A stretch of 64,000 nt of DNA from Sphagnum compactum (GCA_965153455.1 OZ234494.1:6138001-6202000); one strand, 5' to 3'; shown: positions 41,452 to 60,747, counted from the stretch's first letter. Made by a program: numbers and translations. Notes: a model not told the origin generated them from the sequence alone.

Positions 41452-41758
41452 ATGATGCAAAACAAAAGGGGGTTCATGAGTGATTCCTAATGGCATTGTG
41501 TCAACGTTAGGGTTTGAGTGTGGGAAGATGATGCAAAACAAAAAGGTTGTTCATGAGTGATTCCTAATGGCATTGTGTCAACGTTAGGGTTTGAGTGTGG
41601 GAAGATGATGCAAAACAAAAAGGTTGTTCATGAGTGATTCCTAATGGCATTGTGTCAATGTTAGGGTTTGAGTGTCGGAAGATGATGCAAAACAAAAGGG
41701 GGTTCATGAGTGATTCCTAATGGCATTGTGTCAACGTTAGGGTTAGAGTGTCGGAAGA
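41452..41758. repeat. 77-bp minisatellite, 4 copies
   Basis: Unit gatgatgcaaaacaaaaaggttgttcatgagtgattcctaatggcattgtgtcaacgttagggtttgagtgtgggaa. Confidence 0.95.
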
Positions 41759-43559
41759 GGCACTATTGTGGGATGAAGCGAGTACCTAAGCTTGGGCGTT
41801 TTGAATATGGGTCTGCAACTCATTTTTACATGAAATCTAGGTGTTGAAGTTTGATCTTTCAATTTGGGCAGGTTTGGGTTAAATATCTTTTGTTGTCAAA
41901 GCTTCTAAGATGTACTTGGGTATGGGATGACTGATGCCATTAGGAATCTGTGGATGTTCAATGAGAGAGAATCCAAAGTGTTCTGATTCACCTAAGTTCT
42001 AACATATACAAAGTAGTTATAGGTTCTGATTCTCAGATATTTTTCCAGGACTAATGTTCATTTTCTACTAGGATTATGTTGTGATCAAGGATAACTAGAA
42101 GGTTTTTACAACCTTTTCTTTTTGTTATCAGAGCCGGTTGTTCCTTAAACATAATTGTTTTTGTAAAATGTTCACTGTAGAGTTATAGTGTTAATAGTTA
42201 TGTTTAGCTCTAGTGAAGAGCAATTAGTTATTGACCTTCATTCCATTCATGACCAACAATTAATTAGAAGTTTCAATAATCCTTATAGAGTAGAAGAACC
42301 CCAAGTAACATCAGTCACTCTAAGGTTAATTAAATTTGGTGTTGTGACTATGATAGGATTTAATTTGGCAGATGCACAAATTGGAAATATTGTTATCAAA
42401 AATCACACACAACATGTTTATGTCCAGTGTGCAAGTCTAGGTGAAAATGCAGAATGAGCAACATGAGTGGCAAACATGTGTGCAATTTTAGCAGTAATTT
42501 TATTTCACCACCTACCTTGCATAGAAAGGACAACTCTACAATTGTTAAAACTGGTGATATTTGGATACTTCAATGTGCAGCTTCTCCTAACCATTTTGCT
42601 TGTTTTTTTATTTCGGAAATTGAAACATTATTTCAAGCTGGGGTCAAGCTTCTAAAGGCAGAAACATCAAGATTAACATCACGCATATAGAGTTGGAGAT
42701 TGTGTGAATACAATAATCGTCGATTCCAAAGGCAATTAGACAACTCAGATGAGCAAACCTTCTCATTTTTACAAATTGCATTTCAAGATCTTGTTCCTGT
42801 TGTTGAGGGTTAACAACAAGATTTCTTTGACTAAAAAAATGCAACATAAGTGGATCATTTTGGTAATTGATCATGAATTCTAAAAACCAAATGAAAGTTC
42901 TATCTTTAGATGATGTTGCATTTGCTAGGGAGCCCAATGTGGGTTCTATGATTATCAAAATCATTGGATTCGCCTCTATAACAATAATTGGATTTGATCC
43001 TCATTCGACTATTGTTGGAGATTTGGCAATTAGAATTATGCACTTTGGATTTTTCATGAAAGCTGCAATTTGGATCAAGACAAGGGAAAGGGCAAATGGA
43101 AGGCAGTGGACCATCATCCAAACATAAGAGACCATGTTCTTTTTCATTATCTCGTGGCCCTTGGGAGATCATTGAGCAACAAAGAATAATTAGGGAGTTG
43201 CCTTCATCTCTTCCTAGGTTAGGAGACATTTGGATACCTATGGAAGTAGAAATAAAATCTTGTTGCATCCAATTTTACAGACTTGAACTTGATCAAAAAT
43301 ATGGATAAGAGATCATATCATTAGGACAATTTTTTTAGGCAACGATGTTCATATAGTGTGTTGGGTATTCTCCAAGGGTTGTATGGCATATTAGGATGAG
43401 GTCTTGTCAGAAGAAATGACATGTGTTTTAATGTTAGGATAGGGGACAATAGAGTTAGAGTTGTTAGATCATAAAAGGGTGAGGAAGTACCTAAAGTTGA
43501 TGATTTCAAATAGATATTTCCATTATAGGAAATTTGTTTTGATTTATTACAAAATGACT

Positions 43560-46170
43560 AGTCCTAAAGGTATGGATGAACTCTTTTAGGGAAAGGACTT
43601 GGAGGATGTATTGGAGGATGGAGAAAGTTACAAGATCGTGTCAAGTACCATAATTAGAGCCTTGGGGAGGATTATTAATCTTCTTGTCAAAGTTGGGAAT
43701 ATCCAATGCAGCATGATTTTCCTGATTATAAACACTAACAACTATGATGTCCTATTGGGTTTGGACTTTTCGATGAAGATCGGAACAATGGGTCCATTAA
43801 TTCACGATTGGGTACCAAAAAGGAATGTATAATTGAAAAATGACTACAAAGGACAACTTTGAATTTTTTTAAATTTTACATTATTATAATTGTAGTGGAT
43901 TGTTATATGCCAATAGATAAAATGATGTTTTTTTTTAATTAATAAAAATATTTAAAAATAATTTGGATACTATGTAAATGTCATTTTGAATCATGTAAAC
44001 TAAAGTAATAAATGTTTAAAATATTTTTTTAAAAAGGAATAAAAAGGAATGCATAAAGTCATACAATCGATTTCAAAAAAAATATACAACAAAAACATGC
44101 CCTCTTTTATGAAGGTACATGTTCATTGGATGAACTTGATGAAAAACCAAATCAAACAAAAATTTCAAAGTTTTTAAATTTTGCAGGAAGGGACTATAAG
44201 GCAAAGGACTCATTTTAAAAACCATTTGATAAAAAATTATGTTCAATGGGTTCAAAATGTCTAGCTTTAGATGCAAGTCACATGTACAAAAAATAATCTT
44301 GCCAAAAAACATGTTTGGTTGCCCATTGAAACTCATTTTGGGATTTTTTGGGATTTTTTGCGTTTTTGGCATTAAACCAAAATATTCGTACACAATTAGG
44401 TATGAATGTGAAAAATTCACCATTTACAAATGAATTATCTTATATTGGACTATTCAAATTTTTTCACTTAAGTTTGTTTCATGTAAATGTTATTTGTAAA
44501 CAATAGCTCTTAAAAGTCTTTAAGTCCTTTTTTCTTTTTTTGGTACCCCAATCGTGAATGGACCCCAATAGTTGATGTTGAGAAGGGCATTATCTAGGTA
44601 CGAAATGGTCTAAGAATGGCAGTGGAACTATATTGCCCTTAACTGTGGTCAACATGTTGCAACCTATTCTGGAACAAGAATGATCACAAACTTTTTAGTC
44701 TATTGGGGAAGCAATGCAAGGATTATCACTAATAAATAAATTATTTAGTGAAGATGTGAATCCCATTGATCCATATGATGATCTCATCTCTAATTTTGAA
44801 ATGAATGATTTTGCGGATGATGCAGATGATGATCATGAATTGATCCTGCAAAATGAAGAGATGTATCTGGAACACCTAATGGATCAAGGGCTTGATGAGT
44901 TGATATGAAGGGGCTCCAACCTAGATGGTGAATTTGATACTACAACATTAGCATCAAAAATTGTTGGAGGGACATCCAACCGACGAAGATGATTATCAGG
45001 ATTAGATCCAATGGGTTGAAACAAAAAAAGATGAACATTCAACAAGTTTTATTATCAAATCCCCACCCTTAGTTCAAATTGTTGCAATGGTAGAACCATC
45101 TACAAGATGATGGAGATAGGCAAAGATCTACTCCAAAATGCAATTTAATCTTGGGCTAACAGCATTGCAACATAGAACTTGTTGATCTATTACAAGAATT
45201 TCAAGATGTGTTTGTTTGGCATAAGGGAAAATTGGGTACCTAAAATATGGGAGAACATTCCATTGATACCAAAGGTTACCTCCCTATAGGATGACACTTA
45301 ACAAGTTATCTTTTTGGGAAGAAATTGAGGTAATCCACAAATACAAGCACGTGTTCAATTGGGAAAGATGCGCAATAACATGTTTGAATATGCATGTAGG
45401 GTTACACTGCCAGTAATGAAGGATTGGACTCGAAGGTTTTGTGGCAATTATTGACCTTTGAATTCCCATCCTAGGTGTGATTATTTTCCTATGCCATTGA
45501 TTGATGATGTTTTGTCACAACTTGGCAAGTCTTCATGGTTTTCTATTCTAGACCTATAGTCAAGATTCTAGCAGATTAAAATGTTAGATGAAGATGTCCG
45601 AAAGACTGTTGTCATCACCAAGTTTAGCCTTTTTGAATGGAATGTTATGCCATTCAGGTTTAAAAATGCAACAAGCATTTTTTCCCATACAATGCTGAAA
45701 TGTTCAAAGGTTGGATTGATCAATTCCTTAATATTTTTGTGGATGATGCCAACATTCATAGTGGTGACTAGAGTGATCATTTGGATCACCTGAAATTAAT
45801 CTTTGAGAAACTAAGAATTGTTAACTTGAAGTTGAACCCAGTGAAATGTTGTTTTGGAACCAAGGAGATCACTTTTCTAGGTCATGTGGTCAATTAGCAA
45901 AGATCCAAGCCAAATCCAACCAAGGTACATGTTGTATCCAAGTTCCCTATTCTTTTGTTAGTTACCAATGTTTGAGCTTTCTTGGGGCTAAAAGGATATT
46001 ATAGGGCATTCATACAAGGGTATGTTACGATTGGACCTTTGTTTGATTTAACCAAGAAAGATTTGGTTTTCCAATGGACACCCCAATGTCATGTTGCCTT
46101 TGAAACACTAAAGCAAAAATTATTAAAGGCACCCATATTAACCAAACTTGATTTTTTGAAAGACATTCAT
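43560..46170 (+). mobile_element. Degenerate Ty3/gypsy pol (aspartic protease, reverse transcriptase, start of RNase H linker)
   Basis: Remnants include YDVLLGLDF (protease C-terminus), FPMPLIDDVLSQLGKSSWFSILDL, FEWNVMPFRFKNATSIF, IFVDD (YxDD equivalent), LKLNPVKCCFG..EITFLGHVV, and FLGLKGYYRAFIQGY...FQWTPQCHVAFETLKQKLLKAPIL. Many stops are present. Confidence 0.9.
43790..44565. mobile_element. Non-autonomous TIR DNA transposon (776 bp) with 4-bp TSD nested in the gypsy protease
   Basis: Left end GGGTCCATT(aatt)CACGATTGGGTACCAAAAA; right end TTTTTGGTACCCCAATCGTGAATGGACCC. The CAAT duplication lies at 43786-43789 and 44566-44569. Removing the insert restores the gypsy frame KIGTIVDVEKGII. Confidence 0.9.
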
Positions 46171-49100
46171 ACTGGCTTGAACGTAAAGCCCATAGCCTAG
46201 GTATGCAACATGGAGAGAACATGATTTCCCCCATAACCATGCAATGTTAAACCTATATCATAGGCCCCAATGGATGAATGATGGATGAATATTTTTGGAT
46301 GAATGTTTTAATACATACATCTTATTTATGGATGAAAAATTCCAAAATGATTGACACATTCTATATTAAGGCAATGCAAGATTTTTGGAATGAAATATGC
46401 ATGATCAATGAAGACTTAAAATATGTAAACTGAACAATTCATTTGTAATTAAATTAATATCATGCAATTTATAGGGTTCACATGCTAAGAAAATATCAAT
46501 ATTTGTGGTGTTATTGTAAACCAAATTCAATACAAGATTACAATGTACATTGGACATAAACTCTTATATCCAAACTGCATTAAGAACAAATGCGCAACTA
46601 CTTTGAAGACATGTGGACCAAGCCACCTTGACTGACAAGAAAACTATATATGTTTATGTAACTGCAAGGTGCTAATAAACTCAAATCAAGTTTTTTGCAA
46701 AAGTTTTTTTGACCTCCTTGATATTTAATGTAGGCTAGTTGATGAAGTCATCTGTTTTGAGATCACTAAACATTAGAGTTTTGAAAATGAAATACAAATG
46801 CTTGCAAGGGAAACAATTTCCTTTCTTTTTCAAATTTGATAACAAAGACAAATTTGGGACAAGTGCAATTAGGGATCAACCTAATTATCACTTCATATGT
46901 CACAATCAGCATTCCACCATGGGATTCAATTGAGTAGATTTGCCCATATCCAAGATTTGGAACCTCCTACACTCACAAAATAGTTGTGTTCAAGTGTTTC
47001 CCAAACAACCACTTGTTATCACGATCCTTTCCAAATGGGGCATAATGTACAATTTTGTTGTCATGTTTAGGAATTGGAATGTCATTTGCATTCGGATTCC
47101 CACCATGATCCTCCATAAGGGCACGCTTAGGCAGGTGAAACCCAACCTCCTCCAAGGATGTCACCTCCATTTGAATGAGTCTAATATCGGTGAGAACTGG
47201 CCCACTTCTAGCACTTGAGGCTTTCCCTTCACAAAATTACAAACATCTCCCAACACACAAGTTTAGCTTTTGTCATCAAGACAAAACCACATTGCTTTTT
47301 ACTTAGCATCTTGATTCGCAACAAGTTTGAACCACCCATAATACACAGGGGCTAGGGTGCAAAAAGATCCTTGTGTTATTTTCCCTTTGCACTTGTGACG
47401 TTTAGATTGGATCACTGAACATTGTACATGTGAATTTGCAATTGTTTTTGCAATTTGAAAGATTTTGTAATTGCATGTGTTTTCAAAAATATGTGGCCTT
47501 TTGACCACGACTACCTAACCTCGATTGAATTCCACGTTGTATAGAACTTTCTTGAAGTTAATTTGCACGACCAACCTACACCCTTATAGGATTTGTTTGT
47601 CATGGTAATGAAAATTCACTTTGTTCGGGTGATGTGAGTCTTCAAGGGATCCCATCATGGTGTCAAGTTTTCTCTTACAAGAACCAAATTTCTCTTCACC
47701 TTTATTATGCATGGGATTGCCAAACATAGAACTTGCAATAGCTTCTGCTATCATTTTGGGGTTTCATGATCTTTGCATAGCCTTTATCCGCAATTTAGTC
47801 TGATTTCGTCTTGTTCCTTTCAGTTTTCCCATCAAATGCATCCTATATTAAGTCTGTTGCTCCAAAGTCCTTACAAGGTCATCAACTACGGCATCGAATA
47901 AATCCTTGCTTTTTTTGCTAGATTGTTGCAACCAAGTATTGTGAACCATTTCGAACAAGTTACAAATAAGCATGTTGACGTCAAATTTTACAATAAAACA
48001 CCACCAAATGGTAACCATGATATTACAATGGTTGATTATTTCAAAATATGGTTTCTTGTATCCTATTAAACTACAACTTTGTTTGTACAATTCCCATAAC
48101 ATTACTCATTGTGTTGAAGCAACATGGATGAGAACAAAAAATGAAATGAAGGGATGAAGTTTCAAATATCTCATGAGCAAAATTCCCCCATTGTTTAATT
48201 CGGAAATGCCAGAAAGACAACCAATGATTGAACTTTTCAAGGTCACTGCCTAATGCTACACCATATGAATGCCACCAAGACCTTATGACCTCAAAATTCG
48301 CATTTTCTTTAGTAAATGTTTTGGAATTCGTATAGTTCTTGCAAATTTCCATATGTTTTGCCTACAAATGTGGCCTTTAAATAAGTTTGTTAATGTGGAT
48401 TTCCAAAGATTGAACCCAATGGAAAAGGCATGTTCTCTTTTTGTTGGGCAACAGTTGGGATGGGTTTTTTGATGGGCCAAACACAACTCGAACAACATTC
48501 CAATTCACTTGAGCACTGTTAGCCATAAAGCCCTTGAATTATGGCTTGTCAAATCCATATGCTTTCATGACCCTCACAAAGGCCCTCCACATAAGAATTT
48601 GAGAATCAACGTCCTCTAATTGGATGTCATAAATTGCAATTGTCATGACCCTAGCATAGATTGGGTTGTAAACATGGCATGCCATAATTATCCACCCCGA
48701 AACACATTTATAGTGGTCAAACATTAACCATGCTCCTTGCAAATCCCCCTTGGTTGCATACATGCAACAAGGTCGACCCCACTCCCTCACCTTTGGTGGA
48801 CATTTTGAACAAATAAACCTTTGATGAACCTTGTCTAGGGAAGACACTATCCTAGATGTAGTCATAAATGCAATTTTTTTTCAATTGAAGAATGTTATCC
48901 AATGGGCCTTGTTTAACATTCCCATTTTTGAATGTCAACACAAGGTTTTGATATTGGGTGAAACAATGTAAAAAACCTATCCATCAACCCATGGAGCTTT
49001 AAACCTTGTAATTTTGTTGTACTTGATTCACCACAACTAAACAATTCACTACTTTGAAATGTTTTACTAGCAACCAAAGCTATAGTTGAAGTGGTGGTTG

Positions 49101-50312
49101 CTTTCAGATTCTTCTCCATAGCTAGCCTCACTAGTTCTTTGTAACCAAAATTGATTCATGACAATCTCCAATCGAAACTAAATGATTATGAAAGCCAAAA
49201 TGGATACATGCTTGAGTCATAGAGGGCAGTTTGTGCACAATGTAATAGATCTTAACACTGCAGACGACCACACAAGAAGGGGAATTCTTGTAGTACCTAC
49301 ATAAAATTGTGGAGTGCATAGGTTGCACATGTCCATGCTAGAATGAATTATGTGTTGCACCATCCCAATGAACCAAATTAGGTACACCATTTGCAACAAA
49401 TGGGGGCAATTGTCCATTAAGCAAATGTAAATGACTAGCACAAGCTACATTCCTAAAATTTAGGCTGTAATCATTTTTTATGTGGGTGGTTTTCACTGCA
49501 CATCAAGGGTGACCATCATGTTTTCTATCCATACCTTGCATCTATTCTATCATGGTTGATGTGACATTTGTAGGAGGAAGTTCAAATAAGATGTCACCAT
49601 CAAACTCTTGAAGCAAAACTTGCATTAAAACAACTTTGAAAATATCAAAATCTATATTACAAATCTCACTTCTACATCGTAATGCTTGTGACATCTTTCG
49701 CAAGCAATGAATGACATTATCAAACTTAGACAACCCATCTAGTGAAAAGGATGGAGTACGAGTAGGCAAAGATTGAGATGATGATGAACATCAATTGGCA
49801 ATGGACTTTGAAAGCACTCAAATGCACTTACAGAAGACAATCCGAAACTTGAGAAGGGTGCATGCCATGGAGAAAATGTAGGCAAGTCTTGGCCTAGTCT
49901 TTTTTGAATGCAAGCTGGGTTTGACATTGTATCAAATTTTCCATGCTAAGCACTTGTAGAAGTAAATGGGGTAGAAATAACAAACACATTGTCATCATTT
50001 GTATTGTTAGCAAGGTCAAAGACAATATGAGAGTCAAGAGGTTTGGTCGTCACTTGAGTACTTTGTTTCTCATTCCTGAAGGCAGACAACCTTGAAGTGA
50101 TAGATGGAATTTGTGAAGGCGATGTACTCATACCATTTTCCTAGCCAAACTGGCATGCATACGTTGGATTTCTTCGTCCAATTTTACTGTGCAGGATGAC
50201 ATACCAAGCACCGCTGGAGATGCTCTAACAAGAGAATGTGGTTTTTCCCACACAAAAAAATCAGAGGTTACACGACACATGTATGAGATAAACTTTACGA
50301 TTTCATCCATTA
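46170..50312 (-). mobile_element. Degenerate Mutator-like (MULE) DNA transposon with an N-terminal GCM-like Cys/His domain
   Basis: The fragmented minus-strand ORF reads DRKHDGHP*CAVKTTHIKNDYSLNFRNVACASHL/CLMDNCP...ILCRYYKNSPSCVVVCSVKIYYIVHKLPSMTQACIHFGFHNHLV, followed by a transposase core WLMFDHYKCVSGWIIMACHVYNPIYARVMTIAIYDIQLED..SQILMW...FKGFMANSAQVNWNVVR. Possible decayed TIRs lie at 46170-46188 and 50293-50312. Confidence 0.6.
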
Positions 50313-50339
50313 CAATGTACAATATGTGACATCAAACGC

Positions 50340-55907
<5,568 letters not shown>

Positions 55908-56899
55908 GTAGGGACTTTTCTCAACCCTGTGTGCACTGGAGCAATTTAAACAGCTGCGGCAAATTTTTGAAAACTGTGTAATCAGCCGTTCTGACACCAC
56001 GTTGCAATTTGAGTAATTAGACTTAGGAGTTCTTTCTTTCCCAGATTCATGCTTATGCTTCCATGGTTGACAAGGCCTTCAAATTCAAGAGCATCTTAAA
56101 AGACATTCGTTATGTTGTTAGAGTAAACATTAAAATTATGTCATTAAATGTGATGCAAGCGACCTTGGGCTATCACCCTCAAGAAGGCCCTCAAACTCCA
56201 AAAGGATCCTTCAAAAAATTTCCTCACCTTATATCAACTCCATTGATGCACTATATATATGAAATTTAAGCTGAAAAAAAATTCAAAACATGTTGGTTTG
56301 GCTCAACAAAATAGTTTTGCCCCATTATTTGTGCACCTGATGTTGAGGCTTGCAAAAGGTGCAAAAACAAAGCCTAACACCAACGACATTGATTGGCTTC
56401 TTTCACGTCTTTTTCACATGTTTCATTTTCTCTTGTGTCTTGCATTGCACGTAATCGTGATGAAATTTTTTCCCCTTTTTTTCTTTCCATCTCACTCTCT
56501 CTAGTGCACTGCCACACTACTTACTTGGTAAGCAACATCATCATTTTTTTCTCTCCCTGTCATTACTTGGTGAACAACAATGCACATATCTGATCATTAC
56601 ATTGCTCACCGAACAATGTGATTGTAGTGGTGTTTGTTTTCCTCATTCTTGCACACATCCATGTTGTTCAGTAAAGTAGGCATAACAATCTTGTTGCATT
56701 TCAAAAGCCTTAAACCAACCTCAAAGTTTCTTCCTGAACTATTTTGTTTTTTACATGGGATGCAAAAGACTATTTTCAAACTACGTTTATAAATCTATGT
56801 TACAAAAATAATAATACGGTATTCTCGAAAACACATTTTAACTCTCTAAGTTCTACAATGAATATGTAAAGTAATGAGAAGTTGAGCATCGGGAACTTG

Positions 56900-56920
56900 A
56901 AACCCTAAACCCTAAACCCT
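56900..56920. repeat. (AAACCCT)x3 telomere-like tract about 30 bp past the dioxygenase stop codon
   Basis: aaaccctaaaccctaaaccct read directly. Confidence 0.8.
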
Positions 56921-56948
56921 AAGAAAAAAGAATGTTTTTTTTCTTACT

Positions 56949-58996
56949 TTACTTTTGGTTCAGAATTGATTTCCTCCACAGCAGCCATGACTTTGATGTT
57001 CTTACGCCATTATTATTATGGTTTTTATGCGTTTCCAGAAGATGGGTTTTGTAGTCTAGCCATGTGAATGCTGGACGGAATTCCAAAGGGTGCTCACAAT
57101 CGATTAGCTTGCGTGGAACAGACATGATTGAGTGTGGAATTGGGTTTGAAAAATAAACAATCGAAAGTCGAGCTTGTGTTTCATTCACTACCGCTCGGTG
57201 CTTCACACTTTTGAATCGCCCATTTGTCCATGCCTGCAAATCAAAAACCCCAAAACATACAATACATGTAAAATAATGTGGTGTGATACCTAATTTTGGA
57301 GGAGGGGTAGACACAAAACAGAGCAGGCAAGGCAAGGCAAACATGAATATACATACATACATACATATATACATACATACCTCGAAGGAATCACCAACAT
57401 TGATGATGAAAGAATTAGGGGAGGGTTTGACAGAGAACCAGGAGCCATGGCCATGGCAGATCTGCAAACCACCCACTGAGCACTGGTACAAAATGGTGAG
57501 AAGATTGGGGTCGGTGTGAGCACCCAGTCCGAGTGTAAGGGAAGGCAATGGGCATGGTGGATAGTAGTTGAAGCGAGCAATGCAGTCTCCTGCAGTACCC
57601 AAGTAAGGCTCTGTGAATGTGGAGCTTTTCAACCCTAACCCTTCCGCACAAAGCTCCAGTATTTGTTTTGTCAGCTTGTCCAAACTCTTGTTGTAATCCT
57701 CCATGCTTTTTCTGCACAAACACACACACAGAATTAAGCATTATTAATATATTTATTTGTTGAATAATCTGCTTTGTTAACAATTTATTTATTTGTCAAA
57801 TCATCTAATGAGACAAAACATTTTGAATTTTTTTTTTTAATGTGGTGGTGAGGATTGAGTTCCTTTTTTTTTTGAGACAAAAACATTGTTAAATATCTAT
57901 TTGTTAGATTCGTTATGTACTGAGACAAAATAATTACTAATATTTTATTGTTGCATCATCTAGGTGAATCCAAATGATTGATTATTAAAATTCTGAACTT
58001 TTCAATATTGCTCGGTGTTCAAGAGTTTTATGTTTTAAGCTCTAGTTTGAATTTCGTGTAGCAAGAGCACTCAAGAATTGATGTCATTGCAGGTGTGTTG
58101 TATGATAGACAAAAGGTGAATATTGCAAATTGTGTGAGGATGATGATGTAAGGCTAGAGTCATTGCAAGATTGAGAGACAGAGAGAGAGAAAGAGGGACT
58201 TTCATCAGCATCATGAAGAAGAAGAAGAAGAAGTAGGACTCTTAGGAGCAAATGGGTTTTTTGTTTGTTACCTAAACTCTTCAGCAGCATCATGGGCAGC
58301 AATATCATCAATACCATGAGCTTCTTCTCTAGTGTACACTTTGTCAGCCAGCTCTGTAATGCTCTCCACTGGACTCCATCTGCACTGGAAGCGGTCAATC
58401 CAAGGTCTGCCCACATAGAAGAACCCACTATCCACGCCGTACCCAAACCCTTCGTTGGTGCTGGAGCCTCCTGGCTGTGTGAGTTTTGCCTTCTCCTTCT
58501 GCTCCAGAGGTAGATCAAAGAATTTCTTGGCTTGGGTTTGCATTGCATCAATCACCTCTGTCTTGATCCCATGGTTGACCACTTGCACAAACCCCCACTC
58601 AGAGAAAATCTTGGCCAAATCTTTGGCAATTTTGTCTCTTCTTGTGCTGCTGGGTTGATGATGATGCTGATGATCAGTAGTTGCTGCCAGATCGGCTACT
58701 GCAACTTGAAGAAGCTCACCCAGGTCAATGATGGGCAGTTCTTCAGCTCCTTGGAAATCATCATGGGGCACTTCAGGTCGCTCATCTTTGGGCCATATGA
58801 ACTCTGCAAGGTTTGCACTAGCACCTCTCAGAAGCTTGGATTTCTGCACTTCCTCTGCCTTGAGTAGCTTCCAATTCTCTGGCACACTACTAGTCCGGCA
58901 TCTCAAAAGCCCTGCATTTGATGATGATAAACTGGAAACTGGATGAGGCAGATCTGCTGGAGTCATACCCATACCATGCACGGAAAGTGATGGCAT
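56949..58996 (-). CDS. 2-oxoglutarate/Fe(II)-dependent dioxygenase (DOXC), gibberellin 20-oxidase-like; 3 exons
   Basis: Exons 58996-58272, 57711-57381 and 57233-56949 join in frame. DIOX_N motifs FIWPKDERP, LPIIDL and WGFVQVVNHGI are present, along with RFNYYPPCPLPSLTLG, the Fe ligands HTD and KH(R), and the 2OG-binding RLS. Confidence 0.93.
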
Positions 58997-59593
58997 TGGG
59001 TTCAGATCTATCTGGTCTCCGATAGTTAGTTAGTTAGTTCTTCAGAGGCAGCAAGCTCTGAGTTTTTGAGCTGGTCTAAGTACTAACTGCTGCACCTACC
59101 TGAAGACTCCCTGAAAAAAGTGCAGAATTTTCTCCAGACTCCTTGAAAACAGTGCAGAATTTTGTCAGCAATCAGTGCAACATCTGGATTTCTCTGCTGA
59201 CAATGTGCAATGTGTCTAGAGTTGAATTGGGTTCAGCTTTTCTGCAAGCTTTATGGAGATAGACAGTCAGATAGATTGATAGATAGATGGACAGTAAGTT
59301 AGAGGAGTGGACTCTTCTATTGTTTGTCTCAAGGTAAACAGTTTCTTCTCTGTCCTCAAGATTACTGGCTTTTTCGAAATTACACTCTCTGAGATCTCCC
59401 GTGATGTTTCTTTCTGCCTAATTATAACTGCTGCTGAGGAAAAAAACGCATACAATGGGTCACTGGAAACTGTTGCAAACAATCAATCAATCAATCAATC
59501 AGTCCTATCGATTCTTTGTCATCACAACTGCTACAGTTGGATTCTCTACTTGTACACTTCTGTGTGTCGCATCTGTGAAACAAAAGCCCTTCT

Positions 59594-59881
59594 CCACCCA
59601 AATGGGTATAGACCAAATAAATGCAAGCTTGCAGCAACTGCTCAATAATACTTAGTGCTGAAACTTTTTTCCCCCAAGATTTCAAGGGTGCTAAAGCAGC
59701 AGCTTCCCCCAAGACTCAGATCTGGGAACAAGCTGGAGATCTTCAGATCCACCCAAATGGGTGTAGATAGATCAAAATGCAAGCTTCCAGCAACCACTCA
59801 ATAATACTTAGTGCTGAAACTCTTTTCCCCCCAGATTTCCCCAAGATTTCAAGGGTGCAAAGGCTTCCCCAAGACTCAGAT
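59594..59881. repeat. Diverged direct duplication of about 130 bp upstream of the dioxygenase
   Basis: ccacccaaatgggt...ctcaataatacttagtgctgaaact...ccaagatttcaagggtgc...ccccaagactcagat occurs at 59594-59721 and 59749-59881. Confidence 0.85.
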
Positions 59882-60747
59882 TCGGCTGCAAGCTTCCCCG
59901 CAGCTACTACTACCACTACTAGTACGAGAGCTACTGTTGCAGTATGAGATGATCACTTGCAGGAGCTTCTTCTAACATAGCAGCAGCACATCAGCTCGTG
60001 TCGTTGGACACAAAACACAAAACAACCCAAAGTCTGGTTTATCAGTATTCAGCTGCTAACAAGGCTCCTGGGGGAAGGAGTAATATAGCAAGCAAGACTT
60101 GTTGCGGGATGATGATGATGATGATGATGACGATGAGAAGAAAAAGAAGAGGAAGAGGAAAACAAAAAGGAGGATCTGCAGATGTGGATGGTGATGATGA
60201 TGATGATAATGAGAAGACTTTCCAATGGGTTGATGTTTATATAGGGGAAATGTTTGTGGCCGAGGGCAGGCCGGGAAATACCAAGCTCACCTCCCAACAG
60301 GGAGGAGAAGAGCTTCCTCCTCCGTGTGGGGTCTACGTCCATTCTGCAAAAACCTACGACAAACTTCCAAGTGCCAAGAGAAACACAGAGTGAGTTCATG
60401 GGTGGGGGGGGGGTGGGGGGGGTAGGGGGATAATGCAACAACCTCTACAAGGGCAACGCGTGGCGGAGATCAAAATGTCAAAGAGACCCATGACTGGAAT
60501 TTTGAGAATGTGTTGTTGTGTATTGTGGGAGATTGAAATCTCACCACAGACTTTCATAATTTTGTGATGATCTCAATATTCTTCCAAGCGATTTTTCAAT
60601 ATTTTTTCCACTTCCTCAGTCCAGATTTGTTCGCCGATGATGACACGTTTTTTTTCCGTCTAGAAGAAAGCATTTCTCGCCTCTTCCCCTGGGTCCCCAC
60701 TCGTCCGAACTTCTTTCTGGGCCAGAGTGAAGCAACAGCCACCAGCG

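Noticed and set aside
41900..43500. Possible gag region or further nested TE upstream of the gypsy pol
   Set aside because: Short ORFs occur on both strands but carry no motif I can identify with confidence, so the region is left unannotated.
59998..60441. 130-aa ORFs on both strands with poly-Met, His and Asp tracts
   Set aside because: They are explained by (GAT)n and GA-rich simple repeats; no domain or convincing splice structure is seen.
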